NCBI GenBank assembly: GCA_965235115.1
Contig: OZ249439.1
Span: 29,078,001-29,142,000, forward strand
Direction of reading: 5' to 3'
Length of the DNA stretch: 64,000 nt
Origin: Laetmonice hystrix
Lineage: Eukaryota
This document shows, piece by piece, positions 1 to 13,800 of this stretch. Under the pieces are notes generated by a model. It saw nothing but the letters and a program-made list of their open reading frames with translations, ran no database searches and was not told the origin of the DNA. The position numbers were made by a program, and so were the translations under genes. Numbering within the stretch: the stretch's first letter is position 1; each line of letters starts with the position of its first letter.

Positions 1-901
1 CTCGCCTGACAATGAGGCAGTCATCATGCACAGAGCGGGTCAGGACGTAATGATTACACAGTGCCACGTAATGTATGATCAGTGTTACGACGCCGTATAA
101 TAATACCAGCATGACATCTATACACGTGGACGTGTGCCGCCAACTACGGCCGTCAGAACGTCGGCGCCGACAAGTCACGCCATCTGGCGTGTCATGTAGG
201 CACGACGTACGTCTAGCTTCACCTGGTCGGAGGCATTCGGGACTCCCTCGGGCATATGACGTCACTTCCTGCTATTCGAATCTACCCTCGGGTGGATTGG
301 TGGCCATGTTTGGCAACGGGATACATGGCAAAATGGAGGTGTGTAGCGAGGCACTGAGTGAACCGTCATATCCCATAGAGCCAGGAAGTAGTGCATTATT
401 GACACCTGCTCCTTCGGTGTTGTATGTGCAAATATAAATTTCTGGTATGAAGGGGAACGTTTGAAGAAGAAAAATGAATCATCTAATTTACCTAAATTGG
501 CGTGATACGGTAATTTATCAAATTATGGGAAGCAATATGGCCGCGCCCATGAACGACAACACTACAACACATGGTAGGACTACTTGTATCATGAACACTG
601 ATTTTGGGGAAAGCACTGCAGTGGAGGCCTACTTTAGTCGCTTCCATGCCTGATGCAGGCAAAATACTGCAAGCACTGCCATGCTGGCGAGAGTCCCGGT
701 TAAATGTACCCGCGATGCAATGCTCAAAATGGCGCCTATTTCACCCGAGGCTACTTCCGAAGATATGGCCGAGGATTCCCGAATGGGTTGGAGGAGGTCA
801 GCCGTCACGTACCCTTATTTACCTACCGCAGACTTGATTAAAATAGGTTTACTATGGAGCTGAGTCTGTGGAGGTTTAGGTGTGAGGGGGAATCGTTTTA
901 A

Positions 902-1341
902 AGGCAGGGTAAACACCCACGACAAATAAGGTTTCGTAGACCAAATGAAACACCAGCAGTTACCTCAGGGCAATAAATGCCACAATTACGTTGTCTGAAT
1001 GAAGTAATTAACGTGTAACCGCCCGATGTGTGACGCCGCTGGTTCTTACCTTGACCTTCTTGTGTGTTCATCAGAGCCGAATGCTGCACACCGCGGCGTA
1101 TTGCGTAACATTACGTGTTACTCTGCTCACAGACCTTGTGTACACGATGTTTGGAGTCCCAACGTTTGTAAACATCCGAGGTGTTGAACACACATAAGAA
1201 CCAGCGGCGTCACACATCGGGCAGTTACACGTTAATTACCTCATTCAGACAAACTAATTTTGTCATTTATTGCCCTGAGGTTAATGCTGGTGTTTCATTT
1301 GGTCTACGGAACCTTATTTGCCGTGGGTGTTTACCCTGCCT
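902..1341. mobile_element. Non-autonomous Kolobok-type DNA transposon (MITE), about 148-bp TIRs
   Basis: TTAA (898-901) | AGGCAGGGTAAACACCCACG ... CGTGGGTGTTTACCCTGCCT | TTAA (1342-1345); arms about 902-1049 and 1195-1341 are imperfect inverted repeats. TTAA TSD with AG...CT ends is the Kolobok pattern (piggyBac ends are CC...GG). Confidence 0.85.
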
Positions 1342-1621
1342 TTAATGCAGACTTACTTAATTCAATAGAATAGAAGCGAGTTCTTTTTTTTTTTGTCAGA
1401 CTTGAAAAACAGAGGTTATCCATACACTAGGCCCTATTATATGCCAAAGTAACACAACGCATGTATTATCTTTTTTTCAGAGGAGCATTGGATAGCTTCC
1501 TGACATTTTTTCTGACCAGGTGATAGAGGGTACATTTCCAAGAGAAGTTTCTGAAAAGTACGAGGATTTCCTTCTTTTTTTTTGGGGGGGGGGGTATAAA
1601 TTTTCAAATTGTCACACGTAC

Positions 1622-1808
1622 CGTAAACATAGACGTAGACGGCAGCGGTGCGGCCACGGGCCGACTGCCGTGCGTACGCACACCGGAAGTAGCCGGTGTC
1701 AGCATACATTAGTGCCTCCACTTCAAGTTGACTCTCATACGGGTACTTGGTGGAGTCAGTCCGGTTCTCTCTGACGGTCACCCGGGTTGTGATTGGTGGG
1801 TTCTGGGC
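1622..1808 (-). CDS. PVR-like receptor exon 3 (second half of Ig D1)
   Basis: tttgcgcag|GCC...TAC G|gtacgt; 187 nt, phase 0 to 1; encodes DTGYFRCAY and VYVYVY. An alternative in-frame acceptor lies 6 nt further in. Confidence 0.88.
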
Positions 1809-4800
1809 CTGCGCAAAGGTCATAAGTCAGATGATAAATGAAAATGGTTCAAACTAGAGAAAATGAGATGAAACAATGCATAGACGTGCCCTAATTCCTC
1901 TTAATCGCCATAAAAACAGATACAAAGGAATTTATTTAATACGGATCACGAGTCTTCCTTACTCTCCTTAACTTAAAAATAATCAATAAAAAAATAAATT
2001 AAGGCGGCCTTGACAAGAAAATAACGCACACCTCAATGTCTAATGGTGGGGGGACTAATTAGACTAATATAACATCATATAGGCCCTGCAGTAGTCGCTG
2101 GTCTCCATCCTGTGACCTCCTGCTGACCTTTCGCACCCAGACCAACTTTATGTCTTTACAAAAAAAACCGTGAGGTCTGCCAATTACTCGTCAGCACGAT
2201 GACTGATTGCACATGACGAGTAGATGTCATCCCCCGGTGCCCACCCCAACACCCCAGGACAATGGAAACGTTTCTATTTATTCATACAGCCATCAGGCGT
2301 TTCTTTACCTTAATGACAGACTTGGTGACAGCGAGCGAAGCGGATGCCATCTCGCCCTCATCCCAGAAACATGTCGTTCAACCCATCACCAAGCTACGCC
2401 GTGAACACTGAGGTTGTTATTTACACAGACATTTGATGACAAAATGTCTTTTTTTAAATCATAACTCGGTACAGCCGTCTATACATAACGAGGTGTAAAG
2501 AGAAAGTCCTTCTCCCGGAACAATTGGTGGGGCCTTATTTAGAGACAGCCCCCGGAAATATACCACAGGGAGGGATAATAAAAGTGGAGGCATCTAAAAG
2601 AAAATTTTACCTTTCTTGTATTTTATTTCCTTAATCTATCAATCTTTTCCATAAAGTTCTCTGTCCCGCCGTGTTGGGGCAAAGCCAGCTGCTATAGCAT
2701 TGCCCCAATGACCAAGTGCTCTCAGCTGACAGGTTCGCCCTTCCTGTGTCTGTTTCCGCCCCCCCCCCCCCCTATGAAAATATTTAAAAATGCAAAACTT
2801 AGAGAGATGGATTAAAACACAACAATATCAACTGTTGGTAAGTAATATAAGACAATATAAAAATCCTGCTAAAATTACTAAAAGGATAACGTAACTATAA
2901 TCAAATCTGATACAAGCTCCCTCACTTTGTTCTTGCTATATATGTCCCGATCCGGGTCAGAACAAACGTGTTGAATCCAGCCCCCCCCCCCCCCACCACC
3001 ACCACCACCACCACCACCACCACCACCACCACAACCGTTCACGACGGGAGCTGCCAATTTCCTCTCGATTACAATCAATTTCCAGAGTTGCTGCATGTAT
3101 TGTGTGGCTGTGCACCAAGCCCGTCGGTCTGCCTGCCGGTTGTTGGGTCCTATGGTCAGCCACACCGAGCGGGCCTATATGGCACCCGCCCCCTTGCTAA
3201 CCCCCAACTGCCCCCTCTGTTTTTTTCTAAGTCGTTTCAATCATCAACTACAAAGTGATTGAGTGCGCCGCTTCAAAGTGACTGAGTGCGCCGGCCGGTA
3301 TAAGCCTGGCCGTAAAATGAGCAACCACTGGTCTTTTGTCCAGACAAGCTGCGCTTATTGTTCGGCGCTCAATCGAAAACTTTGCTTTTTGTACGTTTGA
3401 CTTCACTTGGAGAAAAAGAGTGCATTATGACCTTACCCATTTTTAGGTTATGACCTCATAAATAAATAAATATGATTCCCACGGGGAGGGGCTAATCCCT
3501 TCGGCAGGGATCCTGACGTTTTACAGATTTGCTAAGACTGACATAGTGGCACATTAACCATTGGAAACGTTACTGGTAAAAGAATAAAAACTAGGGGACA
3601 CTGTAATCTGGTTTAATTTATTGTTTACTTAACCTCTAAATTTAGCAGAAGACAAGAAACAGACCTATACATGTTGCCCAGAGCCTGCCCAAACTAAATC
3701 TTTGACCCACGTTTTTCACAATGAGATACGGCTGCTACTGTATACGGCCTTAAATATATACACAACCATGCATCTTTCCTTTATTCATTCTTTTCAACCA
3801 ACTCGTTGCTGCCCAGGAATAATTACAACACGGACTATAAACTAACTTTTTGGAAGCTATCTCCTTACTAACTTTGCTAAGAAAACACATACCAGAACTT
3901 TCTCAGCGGCAGGCTGTCAGTGACAAGAACCACCCATAGACGTGACTTTTTTTTGTTAGTGCACCTCCTATACCTTTGGCTCCTAAATAAGCGTGGGAAC
4001 AACTGTTTTTTATAATAATGAGAAAAAGTTGAAACCGATGTGGTTTGTTGTGAGTCACTTATGCCAGGTTTGTTCGGGTTCAATACACATGCATATTTAT
4101 GAGTTCTACGAAACGCTGGCCAGTTTTGTACTCTATACCTGACATCCAGATTGGTGTTTGAAGTTTGAATGGTTCCACCCGCACGGGCATAGAACTGTGT
4201 ATTGTATGTCATGTCGGCAACCTCAGAATGTCTGTGGTGTCATAGTTTTTAAGACTGTAACGTTGTTTTTAAATGAATTTATAGATTCCTAACTTTACTT
4301 TACTTCTTATTTAAGTTCAGTAACTTTCCAAATGATCCAGCCTCACATGTTTCACACTGCAGGAGTTGTCTGCACCTCAGCGGGACAGGAATCACTGCTT
4401 GCCAGCCTCCCTTCAGGTCCGGTCATATATAAATATGTTTTATTGCATAAAACAAAGGAAATGACCAAAAAGTAGCTCAAATAAAGGGCGTTTGTTTAAG
4501 GAACACCACTGGAGCCTGGCTCATGCAGTGTCAAGCCCAGGCTGAACCCGTTTTTTTTTTAAATATTCCATGATTTCGGATATTCCGATCGCCTGCAGCA
4601 GAGATCAAGGCGAAGGGCCTGGCATACCGAGTCCAATTACATGAACCCCTCGACAGATACCGCAGCAGGAACAGTCGGCGGGGACACAGCCGCTATACAT
4701 TATGTACTCAACAAAGCTGATATTTTATCAAATAAAAGCTAATGATGATAAGACTAAACTATCGAATGTGGTTGATCGGGTTCAGTGTATGGTCAATCGT

Positions 4801-7800
4801 GTCAGTAGATTAACATCCCCAGGTCATTTCATAGGTTATCCGTCTAACCAAGTGAAAGGTTTTTCACTTCAGAAAGCCCAATATCTATTTGACAAATATA
4901 TTCTGGAAAGCCTTAATTTCCCCTACCTCCTTCCTTCAACTATCACAAATCTTAGCTAACTGCACATTCTTGTTTGGATATATCGCCTGTCCTTTTTAAG
5001 ACTTTTTAAAAATTACTCCCTTCTCACACCTACCAGCATTATGGGGTATAGGCCCGCTCTTTGACATTCTCAATACCCTCCTGCCCTGTGCACACCTAGG
5101 TCCCAATGCTGCCCCCTTCAGAACTTTCTAACTTACTCACACCTATCTGGGGTAAGGCCTTCAAAATTGTTTGCTCGCCGGCCACACCTACCTTTATTAG
5201 GGGGTAAGTCCACTTTAGGGGGGCCACTCCCTTGCAGGTAACTGTGAGAACATCTCCGGGGCGAAGAACAATCTCCTTGCGATGTATGCTGAGGACGGGC
5301 GTCTCCCTGACCCTGGCCTGACCGTCAATGTTCCCGGGACCGACGTCACCTAGCAACGACCATCAGAACATAAAGTCAGACGGTCGTCATGGCAACGAGT
5401 GTCAGAATATAGAGTCACCTGGTCGTCATGGCAACGAGTATCAGAATATAGAATCACCTGGTCGTCATGGCAACGAGGATCAGAATGTACAGTCAGACGG
5501 CCATGGCAACGAGTATATCAGTACGCAGTCACGGTCGTCATGGCAACAAGGATCAGCACATACAATGGCAACGTCAAAACGTACAGTCACACAGCCGTCA
5601 TGGCAACGAGAATCACACTATACAGTCACAGGTCGTCATGGCAACGAGAATCAGATTATCAAGTGACATGGTCGTCATGGCAACTATCGCCATGTGGTCG
5701 TCTTGGCAACAACAGTCGCGTGGTAAAAGAAAGATCATGAAAACAAAGATCGGAACAAGTGGTATATAAAGTCAAATGATCAGCAGAACACAAAAACAAA
5801 ACAAAAAACATAATAGAACATGTCTAACAGATGAGCAGCAGTGTTTTATTCATTTAAGTCACCCAAAAAGGAACATATCTAAGCGAACGCGAGCGCCAAA
5901 CATTTAACATGGTCACACGACAACGGCAATGCCCTCCCCAAAACCGGAAACGCACCCAAATTTCCATCAGCCACCCACATTTAAACTGTCGGCAGGTCAG
6001 AGCTCACCGACTTTTAGGTATCGGAACCTTGGTTTCAGTCACCTTGTCCAAGGTATCGTGGACATGCCCTGAGGGTTTATGGTCACATAGAGTTTCGTCA
6101 AACAACAAGAAGAAACCAAAACCTTTGCTATGGTGACACCACTCTTTCCCGGTTTAAAGTCTGCAAATCGTTATCAGTTTCTTTCAGTTAAAATGACCCC
6201 CCCCCCCCCCATGAGGCATCTCTAGCGTCTTAAAACTATAATTTCTTTTAACTCCTACATGGAAATATGCAAACAAATAGACTTAAACCAACAACGAACA
6301 TTAATTGAGCATCCAGCGTGCAGCGTACGTGTACACGTCATTCAAAATGTGTCACCTTGGTGGTAAAACTCACTGAAGCCTAAAAGGACCCGTCATGTGT
6401 ATGCATAGCAAACAGAGAAACCACACTGGGCGGGCGCCTACAAGTTCCAAATACCTTGCTTGACCTACTGGACAATACAGAGACATGGGTCTTCCTCACA
6501 GGCGATGGAACACCAGGCAAGAGTGAATCAGAAACACGACATCCAATCGACATGCATCAAGCCTTTTTTTTAACCTTGTATAATATATCAAAGAATATCA
6601 ACATATCATCGTGCAAACCTACAGGATATTATGTAAGAAAGTGATAGTAGGCCTAAATCAATACACGACTTCCAGAAGAAGTAGGGCCTATAGGCCTATT
6701 CTTTTTTTTTGCAATTTTTATTTCGCAAACTTTACCAAATGAAAATAACTTCGCACACAAGAGAGCCAATCGCAAATATTTTCATATGTGTACAGAGTTA
6801 AGTCTGTACAAATATTCAGAACATTTTGGATATCATATGAGTGGGCTGACCCAGTGAGTCTGTGGTTTACCATGCCAGCCCAGTTAACGCTGTGTTTAGT
6901 GTGTCATCTTCGACCAGCAGCGAGCTCGAATACTCTATGTACGACACATAGAGAATGGGAGAACGCGGATGTGACACGGAGATCGTACAGGTGGTATAGC
7001 GACGCGTCGCTCTTCAGTTCTGTGACCCCCCCCCCTCCCCACCACCACGTCCTGACCCTGGGGGCAGGGTGGTGAGGGAGGGGGTTGGCTGGCACGATAT
7101 TACACCCATCGCCGCAGAGTCAGGGCGGGGGTGAGGGTATAGGAGTGGTGGGGTAGACACTGCACCCTTTTCGTATAGATCGCGTAACCCCCACGTGGTT
7201 TGTCAACAGGACACTCCCATCATGAGTTGTCCCTTCCTCATTCATAAAAATAAATCCCCCAGTGACATCGTAAGTCCACTAAAAATCGACACTACTGGAC
7301 TTGGTGGATTTCAGTCTACATTATAGCAGCATGCAGTTTCCGACCCACTTTGGTCTCTTTGATCTATAGTGACACATCAGATGATGTCAATAAGGATACG
7401 AACATTATTATTAATAAATACCCACTAAATATAAACCTACATGTTTTACATTTTACATTTTATATCATGCCGCAACGACATGTCGGTTTATATTTATAAA
7501 AAAACATAAATTCGGGGGAGACAGTTAAAGTTTCTAAGTCAAAACTTCTAACCGCGTATATTTGTCACGACTATAGTTTCACAGATACGCCCTATACATC
7601 TAACTAAATTTAAAAGGATATGTGATCATGCGGTTTACATCTGCCTTCAGTGGAGAAATCTGAGTGATCGGCAAGGAAATATTGGCCATGTATGCATGAC
7701 AAATTCTATTATATTTCTCGTATATTAAAACTCTTTATTGTGCCATGCGATATTTTATATAATCATATTCCTATGGAATGCCAATGCGTGAGATACATTA

Positions 7801-10800
7801 TGAAACTCTGGCACTAATATTTCATGTCAATAGTCACTGTATATATTACGTAACTGAGATAACATAGTCGCAGCTAAAGATAACATGGTCATGGTCATGG
7901 TTAGGCCCCTATCATAGTTCCTACCCGGTTCCTGGTCAGTGTGCTAGCCGGGGGGTGTTTACATTTCTCACTGCATTTCATTCCTTGACATTTCTAACCC
8001 CCTAAACTTCCTGGGGTCCGCAAACACCAAGCGTTTAAAGAAACCTTTTAACATATCATTCATGTAGGTAGAGTAAATCTCTATGTCTCGGTTACTTAGG
8101 TTCGATTACATCCCTTTGGGCAAATTCCTGGGCGATATCCCTGGGACAGTCGGGTCATGGGTCAAAATGTCATAGGTCAGAACCTTCATTTCGACCCGTT
8201 AACAAGTCAGGGATTACCCTAGTTACAGTTTTAGAGGATTTATTCGTACACATGACCATTCAAACAAAACTTAAGGACAAATAAATAAATCCTGACAAAT
8301 TTCATGTAGTTGTCCTCATTGCACCTTGACTCAATGTCATCCAATACAGGCTTGACATCTTAACATCCACTTCCTAAGGTGCGTGCAAATATAAATGCAA
8401 ACATCCCTATACATGTATTCTGTTTTCGAGTTTGGCATCGCAGTGACTGCAAAAAGTAGCCTATAATATTGGCAGCGGCCGAGTGTATAGACTCCACTTA
8501 TTTTTTTTTCTTGCTAATGAAGCGTCACCGAGACAAACTATAGCCATATGTACCTTCAGGGCATCGAGTTAGACGTTGGTTGTTTTTTGATGGTTTAAGA
8601 AACTTTAGTCCCCAAGCCGGTACCTATAGACTAGTTGTCTCACCGTTAGTGTTATACACGAATTGGCCAAATCACAGCATGCTCTGTAACAATTCCATAT
8701 CAGTTGATCGGTCATTAACTTAATGTTGACACTTCTATAACCCTAAAATGGAAACTTGCATCAATCTTGAGTTCTTCTATTACAAATACATCAATTCCGT
8801 TACCATGGCGACGAGCACTTAAATATACCCCAATATCGTTTCCCTTTGTAAAATGACTTATCTGCAACACAAAACTCCCACTTCCTTCTGCCCTCCTAGA
8901 ATTCCCTCAACCCCAGTCCATTAGGCCTGCCACCCTTGCCTGGTTTCCTGTCACACAAACGGACCATGATATTGTAGTAGGTCTATGATATTGTAGCATG
9001 TTTGTGATCGAAGGATATAGCACGACACACGCCGACCACGAACTGGACTGCCTTATCAACGCCTCACCACGTGAGGGCGGGGCGGTTTGAAGCTAATTTC
9101 TACCGGCTTCGATGTTTGTCACAATGGTGTGTTGTGTTACAGTGTCACATGGGTCTAGGAAAGTGCCTGGTGATGGGAGGGGGGGGGGGGTAAAGTAGGG
9201 GGGAGGGGGGTTGGCGGGATCGGTAGGACTACCGAAAACAGCGGTACTTGTAGAATTTTCCATAGATCTACCCCAGAAAGAGTTTGAAAATGTAGGCCTA
9301 TATAATTAATTCACCCAGCAGCGCAATAATACGGTGTTCATATAATACTCTGCCCATCGCCTCCTCCTATCGGGGGGCCGTGCCCCCCCCCCCTTCCCCT
9401 ACGCCACTGTATCAGCATCAACAACAGGTCATTTGAAATTACTCGTACATAGTACCCCCGATAACCGTTGATAGCCACGCGACTGTTTGTTTGCTAACAC
9501 GCAGTCATTTCGCCAACTGGAGTCAAGAATCCTGTTTGCCTTGCCCTCAAACTCCGCAAACAACCTCATCCAAAATGTCACGCTGCCGACGCACCTGGTA
9601 ATGTGTTTGTCCTGACACTCCCTGGACGATGCCATGTGGTATTATTTCATAAGAAACTGCATTCAAAAGTTTCCATTACTAATATCGCACCAACTGTAAA
9701 GATGAGATTATGTATACGCGTTTGGCTTTTTAACGTCTAGAAGAAATTAAAACCCCTTTCTGGAGGCCACTCGTCCTGGCATGTAGACCAATTAGCATTT
9801 TACCCCCCCCCCCCCAGTCCAAATTGGAATCCAATCAAATGTAGCGCTACCATACTTCATTTTACTTTACTTGTCCTAGCAACAATGATTGGACATAAGC
9901 TTTCAATGGCTTTATCGTGAATTTCTAATTTGAGATCCCCATTTTTCAGGAGCCATTCAAGTGATTTTATAGAAAAGAAACATTAACAATTAACGACTTT
10001 TCACGTCAGAAAATTAACGGAAAAGCCTTAGCAGTTGAACCATAAAAAGGGCCCCGCTAAATAACTTATTTCAAATTTTATTCAGTATATAACCGACGGG
10101 TTTAACGGTAGGAAACAGCTGGTGTAATGTTGACTAATACATCCAGCCAGGTGGAATCAAAGGTCGGTTATAAATACACAAATCGTCCAAAGAATAGCGT
10201 CTCTCTATCTCTCTGCATGTCTCTGTCTCTGTCTCTGTCTCTGTCTCTGTCTCTCTCCCTCTCCCTCTCTCTCTCCTTTTATTCTACAATTTCAAATATT
10301 GAGAACCAACTGCCCGGTTTTTTTAAAATTAAAATACTGCTGATTCAAAACTTGAAAATAAAATCTGGTAATATGTATCCGGCATACGTTATGTAGATCT
10401 AAAATTAGAACTCCCCTGAACGTAGAAATATTTGTCTAGCTGGAATTTCCCCTCACCTGACGCCTGTCGTATTAATGTATATGCTCGACTTCTTTCCTTT
10501 TATAAGTTTTTCCTGGGTATTTTCGTTTTCTTCCTGATTCAGAGGCTCATGTCTCATGGCTCATGGCTCATGTCTCCCACATAAGACTAAAAAAAAATTC
10601 ATTTTCGTCTTGCTATCATGAGATTTAGGCCTAAGCATGACAAAAAGGACCGTCGTCGAAATGAGTAGGTATAGTTGTCCCGGTGTGCGTGTTTGTTCCT
10701 GTATCATCGGATCATCACATTTACTTCAGATTAGAATCCAAAATAGTTCTCTCATTATTTTTATAACGTGTGTTAGTGACGATCACCGGGATANNNNNNN

Positions 10801-13800
10801 NNNNNNNNNNNNNNNNNNNNNNNNNNNNNNNNNNNNNNNNNNNNNNNNNNNNNNNNNNNNNNNNNNNNNNNNNNNNNNNNNNNNNNNNNNNNNNNNNNNN
10901 NNNNNNNNNNNNNNNNNNNNNNNNNNNNNNNNNNNNNNNNNNNNNNNNNNNACGGAGAGACGGAGAGCGAGATTGAGATTGAGATGGAGAGCGTGGCCGG
11001 GTGGGGGGGGGGGTTCGTCATGGTTGGGGGATGGGGGTATAGGAGCCAGCATGTCAACCCGTACGGCACCCCCTGCCCCCACCCCGTCTCTCCACAGCCA
11101 TATACACCCCACCCCCGTACCCCCCCCCCACCCCCATCCCCCAGTAATGGACCATTATTCCGGCCGATGGTCCGACCAATTTCCTCCGACATAATCAGTT
11201 ATACACTTCCTGCGTGCCGTGCCGACCGACCGTCACCGATTACCCCCGACCTTGGTCACAGACGGTCCGACTGCCTGACATTTATACCCCTACCTCCCTC
11301 TTAACCCCCCCCCCACACACACCACCTAACACCCCTCTCCTACCCCACCCAACAACACACCCAAATCTAATTTTTAACCCGGTTCTAAATTGGGGAAAAG
11401 AGGAGGAAATAACTGAGGAAAAATGAAATGGTCTCAAAATGATGCCACAATTTTATGATAATGATTTCTGACGACGGACCAGCATGATGACACAGCATAC
11501 AGGGAGAGTATTTGTATGTGGTCATTGGCTATGGCTATCACCTAATGACCAAAGGCCAAGAGTCAATAAACGTTCTGAAACTAAACTGGAAAATCTTAAT
11601 TTTAGCACAAGGAAGCGTCACTGGGTATATAGAATATTACTGGTCTTCTGGTTCTTGCCCATGATTTTACGGAAATCTTCCTTTTTTTATTATTTATTTA
11701 TTTATTTAGCTGGAAATACAAATTTTATTTATTTTGACCTTACACCGGAATTCTCGTAACATATACCCGCGGAAATTTTGTGCTGTTTATTAAAAAAAAT
11801 CATCATTAACAGAACCCCCGAACATCAGCTTATCCCTAGACGACGACCCCCNNNNNNNNNNNNNNNNNNNNNNNNNNNNNNNNNNNNNNNNNNNNNNNNN
11901 NNNNNNNNNNNNNNNNNNNNNNNNNNNNNNNNNNNNNNNNNNNNNNNNNNNNNNNNNNNNNNNNNNNNNNNNNNNNNNNNNNNNNNNNNNNNNNNNNNNN
12001 NNNNNNNNNNNNNNNNNNNNNNNNNNNNNNNNNNNNNNNNNNNNNNNNNNNNNNNNNNNNTCACCGAAAGCTGTAAAGCTTGGAGATTTTTGAGAGGACC
12101 TTTTTGACCCGATGACCTCACCCCTGACCCTCTCAATGCGATATGTTACTGGTTGACCGAGCAATAAAGGAAGATATGACTTCACAGGCGCACCCTCATG
12201 GGCCCTCATACTCAAAACTATAACCAATCCAACGTGGCCTTTTACTAAAAGGGCGAAAGGCGAGTTATAAATCAACGGTAATCAAATATAAAAAGGACGA
12301 ATATTTCACAGATGAATGGTCACGTGGCAACCCCTATATGGATTTAATTTGGCGCATTTCAATTTACCGACTCTGAATTTTGAAATAGTCAAAGAAAAAC
12401 AAGAAAGGAGTGTCACGGTATAGAGTATAGGCCTACGCCTACGGCACTGACTCGTGTCTTTGAAGTACGCAACCCCAGATTTGTCGCCTCACAGCGCGTA
12501 CATCATCTCAATAATGACCTGACGACGCGAGACTGTAAAAAGGTCCGCCAGGGGGCGGTGCTATACGTAAAACGGACCCATTGTTTCTATCCTGACAGCA
12601 TTACGTGTTTCCGGGCACGCCAGGCCGAAGAGAACACTAAAGCATTCAGAATGAGATGTTTAATGTTTTAAGATTTGAGGTTTCCATTACAGATATGCCA
12701 CAGGTTAGTGGCGGATCATGCAGGGGGTTGGGGTTGCAGCCCTTATTGGACCTTCGTTTTTTGCTTGGCCAGTCTAGCCCAAATACAACACTACCACCAC
12801 CACCACCACCCTTCCCAGGCGCCGACTTGAATCCGCCCCTCTAATAACTGAAATTGGAATCTTAATTAACTTAATCTTAATCTTAATGAACAATGCCTTG
12901 CTGTATGGGTAAACTGTCAATGAAGATCTCCCGCTCTAAATGATGGTGAGATCGTGTTTCCGACCCAACTGGTCCCCATGTCTGGTTCCCATAAAGACTA
13001 ATGGGTGGTCGGGCACCCATGATTTCTTTGGACTCTCAGAGAGTACCGAGCTATATGAGTCCTAAAATGTATTATTAAATTTTTGGTAAATTCATTATAT
13101 GTGCTTCATTTTTATATGGCGGCTTCATTTTTGGACCTCCCAAATAAGTAAATTCTAGACAAGCTTTACGTAAATGTCCCAGAGTCGCCCCCTCCAAAAC
13201 AACAGNNNNNNNNNNNNNNNNNNNNNNNNNNNNNNNNNNNNNNNNNNNNNNNNNNNNNNNNNNNNNNNNNNNNNNNNNNNNNNNNNNNNNNNNNNNNNNN
13301 NNNNNNNNNNNNNNNNNNNNNNNNNNNNNNNNNNNNNNNNNNAACCCCCAAACAAAGAAGGCTCTTTTTTCGATATCCCAAAAACTGCCAGGACTCCTCT
13401 CAATTTGCTAGATCTATTATAATCGACGGCGAATCAAACACGTATCCTCGGACCATGCCGAGTTTATGGTTCATTCTATACCAGGTGCACGTTTCACCTA
13501 CCCCTACCCCTCAACCCTCACCCTCTCTCACCTACCCCTACCCCTCACCCTCTCTCACCTACCCCTACCCCTCAACCCTCACCCCTTCTCACAATGCACC
13601 CCCATAGAGTGGCGTTCTGGCACGTGCCTCGTATTGTGATCACCCCCGGGGTTACGTAACCCTAACGGTCACCTGGCAACAGTTCCCACGAACCGTTCAG
13701 ACTTCCCATCACTGGTCACAGCGGACAGACAGAGAAGTGATGCTCAAATCAGAAACATACACCGCACCAAGTAAATCGCTTCAACTCAATTCAATTCTTG

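Noticed and set aside
75-863. ORFs at the left edge as the next receptor exon (Ig D2)
   Set aside because: No minus-strand frame with good splice sites gave an Ig-like peptide; the plus-strand ORFs resemble nothing I recognise
4139-4231. Exon-like 93-nt segment in receptor intron 2
   Set aside because: Open frame is phase 2/2 but the host intron is phase 0; acceptor lacks a pyrimidine tract; no Ig-like sequence
5345-5710. CRISPR-like look (conserved core plus variable linkers)
   Set aside because: Linkers are related to one another, the core is only 14 bp, there are no cas genes and the context is a eukaryotic intron
5328-5769. Three overlapping plus-strand ORFs
   Set aside because: They arise from the 39-bp (13-codon) repeat; no homology or splice support
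12706-12840. TAGTGGCGGATC...GAATCCGCCCCT possible hAT MITE
   Set aside because: Ends are imperfect and no TSD is visible; probably an old repeat, not supportable as a discrete element
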